Shown here piece by piece: positions 37,300 to 64,000 of a DNA stretch of 64,000 bases. The translations under genes were made by a program, and so were the position numbers. The notes under the pieces are model-generated. The model did not search any database, had not been told where the DNA came from, and worked only from the letters and a program-made list of their open reading frames with translations. The DNA is from the human T2T-CHM13v2.0 reference genome, Homo sapiens. The stretch lies in the NCBI RefSeq assembly GCF_009914755.1, contig NC_060940.1. One strand, given 5' to 3'. Numbering within the stretch: the stretch's first letter is position 1; each line of letters begins with the position of its first letter.

Positions 37300-38130
37300 A
37301 TGCGACCTGTCTCTGGGTGCCCGCGGCGAGGCAGCACCCCGCTTCCCTACACAGAAGGCCTTCCCCTCCCGTCGGCTCATTCAGCCGCGGAAGCCCCTGG
37401 GAGACCCCGCCCCGCCCCGTCCCGCGGTGCCCCCCGCGCACTCACCCTCGCTCACCCACGCGGCCTTCCTGGCGGGAGAGCGCTTCCGGCGTCCTCGCCA
37501 GGCCCGGGGAGTGGGCACGGTGGAGCTGCCGACCGTTGGTCGCTGCCCCAACCCACGCACTGCGACGCCGCGGGTGAGGCGCGCGGTCTGCGGGGCCCGG
37601 GGGTGCGGCGGGGCGGGGCTGGCGGGCTGTCCGGGCCCACGGAGAGGACGGCGGCGGGCGGGGGTTGCTGCAGGGCCCGCACCTTGTCTTCCGCGCCGGC
37701 AGGGCTGTGCCCCGTCGAGACCTGCTCGGGCTGTGGCTCCGTCCTCCGGCCTCCAGGGGGCGGCGCGGCGCTGCGCGGCGCCCCGGCGGCACTGCCCTCC
37801 CTTCCCAGCGGCCAGGAGGCGGTGTCCCGTGACGCCGCGCGGCCGCGCTGTAGTGGCCGTCGAGGCCGCCGTCTGTTCGAAGGCTGTCCGACTTCACGGT
37901 TCCCCGCGGCTCGGCCCGGGGGCGTGAGTGTCGCCAGCGGGCGACGGGGGGGCGCGCGGTAGGCCCTGCAACAAGGCCAGGGCCTGGGGGGGCCGGCAGG
38001 AGAGCGAACCCGAGGCATCGTGGTGCCATGGCGGGGCCGCCCCCACGGGCATGGGCCTGCAGAGCGTGGCCGTGAGGACGCTGAGGGTGGGCGCGCACGG
38101 AGCAGAGGCCCACGGGCGTCCGACGGGGGA
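37300..38130. promoter_or_regulatory. CpG island / PLEKHG4 promoter with candidate 5'UTR donors (after 37573 and 37923)
   Basis: Very CpG-rich; GC boxes; donors CGG|gtgagg and GGC|gtgagt upstream of the acceptor before 38173. Confidence 0.75.
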
Positions 38131-38341
38131 CCTGGACAGAGGGACACCCTTAACGTTATTCCCTCTTCCCAGGCCTGAATTGCAGTTCCTGTGCCCTGGC
38201 ACTAAGACTGGCACCTCCTGCGGCCCATGCCCTTCGCCTGCATTGCCCACTGAGTCCCACTCGACTGTCTTCAGCGCGGTTCACACTGAGACCCAGCCCT
38301 CTCCCGCTGGCCCCGAGCAGGCCCACCTTTAGGAGGGCGTG

Positions 38342-47105
<8,764 letters not shown>

Positions 47106-47741
47106 GCCCGGGACTGGACGAGCAGTAGATCCAGCAGCCTGCAGCTCCAAGGAACATTGCCTCTCTGGATCTGCTGTGACCAGGGTGTGGCTGACACCTG
47201 GGCTACCTCCAACCTACATGTGCAACGCTGTTGACTACCCTTTCTGATGTGTGTGGCCATTGGACTAACTGGCACGGGGCCTCTCTAGGGAAGTCTGGTT
47301 GTAGAGCCTGAATAGGCTCCTGGCCCCATGACCCCTTCTCCTGTCCCCAGCTCCCATCCCAGTTGTGGGTTAAGAATAGGCTAGAGCAGACATTGGGTGT
47401 TTCCATGCTGTAGGCTGGTGGGGGACCATGTGCCTCTAGGCAGTGACTAGGGTGCCCCCACCCCTCAGGAAGAACACAGGTGGGCTCCTAGCAGCTGATC
47501 CCCAATGCCTGGCCTTAAAGCCGAGCTCAGTTACCATAGGGACAGGTCCACCTCTACTGGGCCCTCATGCTTGCCTTTCCTGGCCCCCAGGCCCAGCCCC
47601 TTTTTACTGGGGCAGTTTCGTTATTTTGACTTGATGCCTTTTGAATAACTTTCAATAGAATTGTCTAAAATTATCTTACTGGTTGTTAGGCCTTTGGTGT
47701 CTCAGAGAAGGAGTCTAGGTCTTTGATGTGTGATTTAATCT

Positions 47742-47747
47742 TTTATT
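47742..47747 (-). terminator. KCTD19 polyadenylation signal (TTTATT on plus)
   Basis: AATAAA on minus about 120 nt after the KCTD19 stop. Confidence 0.75.
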
Positions 47748-47754
47748 TGTTTAT

Positions 47755-47760
47755 AATAAA
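47755..47760 (+). terminator. PLEKHG4 polyadenylation signal AATAAA
   Basis: First AATAAA seen downstream of the stop, about 650 nt. Confidence 0.8.
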
Positions 47761-47865
47761 AAATAGACTGATATGTACCCTCTGATGGGCACATGCATTC
47801 TGGGCTATCTCCAATTAAAATGAGACTTGGCGGGTGGGGCATGAGGGGCTGCATCTCTGGGCACC

Positions 47866-62870
<15,005 letters not shown>

Positions 62871-62930
62871 TTAGATAATGAAGAGTACTATCTTGAGAAT
62901 CTAAACCAAGTAACTATGTACCAATTCTAG

Positions 62931-63262
<332 letters not shown>

Positions 63263-64000
63263 GACTTACTTTAAGTGTTTTGAAATAAATTAGGCAGTCA
63301 CACAAAAAATGTAAAAATGTAGGGCTATAGGGTGACATGCTGATATTCAAAGTCCCAATGATTATTTCTCTTCTGATTTTTGAAACAAGTTTTGTTATAA
63401 TTTTATGTTGAGTAATAGTAATTTATCTTGCACAATCTAAAGAGTAATTTCTATTTAATCATTAAAAACTTGTTATTTTCTGCTATCATTTTCCTTCAAG
63501 TGCTCAAAATCACTTTCAACCTGTTATAATTGTGATTTGCTATTGTTTGTGTTCATCCTAACCCTGGGTAGTGATCTAAGTGGTGAGATTGAGGTATAAT
63601 AAACATGTCTTATATTGCCACAGGACTCCACATTTTTCAACACACTTTAACACACTTTTTCTCATTTACCATGACATGATTCTGTGAGACAGATGTGGTT
63701 GGTGAGTGTCTTACTGATGAGGCAGCTGAGGTCAAAGGCTTTGTGGCCCGCCCAAGCAGTCTTCCAAGTCCAGAGCTTGTCAGCTTGAAGGATCAGGCGA
63801 CCAGAGGTGGGCTGAGGCTGGAGTGGAGCACCCCAACTAGGCAAGCCTGAAGCCCAGGGCGGTCTTCGTGCCGCCCTTACCCAGGGACCCATTCTCCCTC
63901 AAAAGTCCTGCAGGGGGCAGATTATCATAACATCAGCACCCCCTCCCTTTTTTTTTCTGTCTTTACGCTAGAAGAAGATACATAGTATTTTCCCAATAAA

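Noticed and set aside
37168-38332. Several overlapping 200+ aa ORFs
   Set aside because: Expected from stop-codon scarcity in a CpG island; low-complexity R/P/G/A content with no recognisable domain

Overview
Human-like (primate) genomic DNA matching the 16q22.1 cluster FHOD1-SLC9A5-PLEKHG4-KCTD19. It holds FHOD1 exon 1 (minus; the rest of the gene runs off the left edge), head-to-head across a CpG island with the complete 16-exon SLC9A5/NHE5 gene (plus; 896 aa reconstructed). Next comes the complete coding region of PLEKHG4/puratrophin-1 (plus; 21 coding exons, 1191 aa reconstructed), tail-to-tail with the last 14 coding exons of KCTD19 (minus; 5' end beyond the right edge). Introns are dense in Alu (several nested), with MIR/L2/L1M/MER relics and microsatellites. 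Structures the gene models do not explain: (1) a cryptic ~32-bp-period array of degenerate palindromic CCCTCA-nnn-TGAGGG units in the FHOD1/SLC9A5 promoter spacer; (2) a young, near-perfect ~470-bp inverted duplication with template-switch and fold-back junction scars between SLC9A5 and PLEKHG4; (3) two consecutive GC-AG introns in SLC9A5; (4) back-to-back poly(A) signals for PLEKHG4 and KCTD19; (5) five frame-preserving stop-free introns in PLEKHG4. Exon boundaries were read by hand from splice sites and frame. Repeat boundaries and subfamily calls are approximate.
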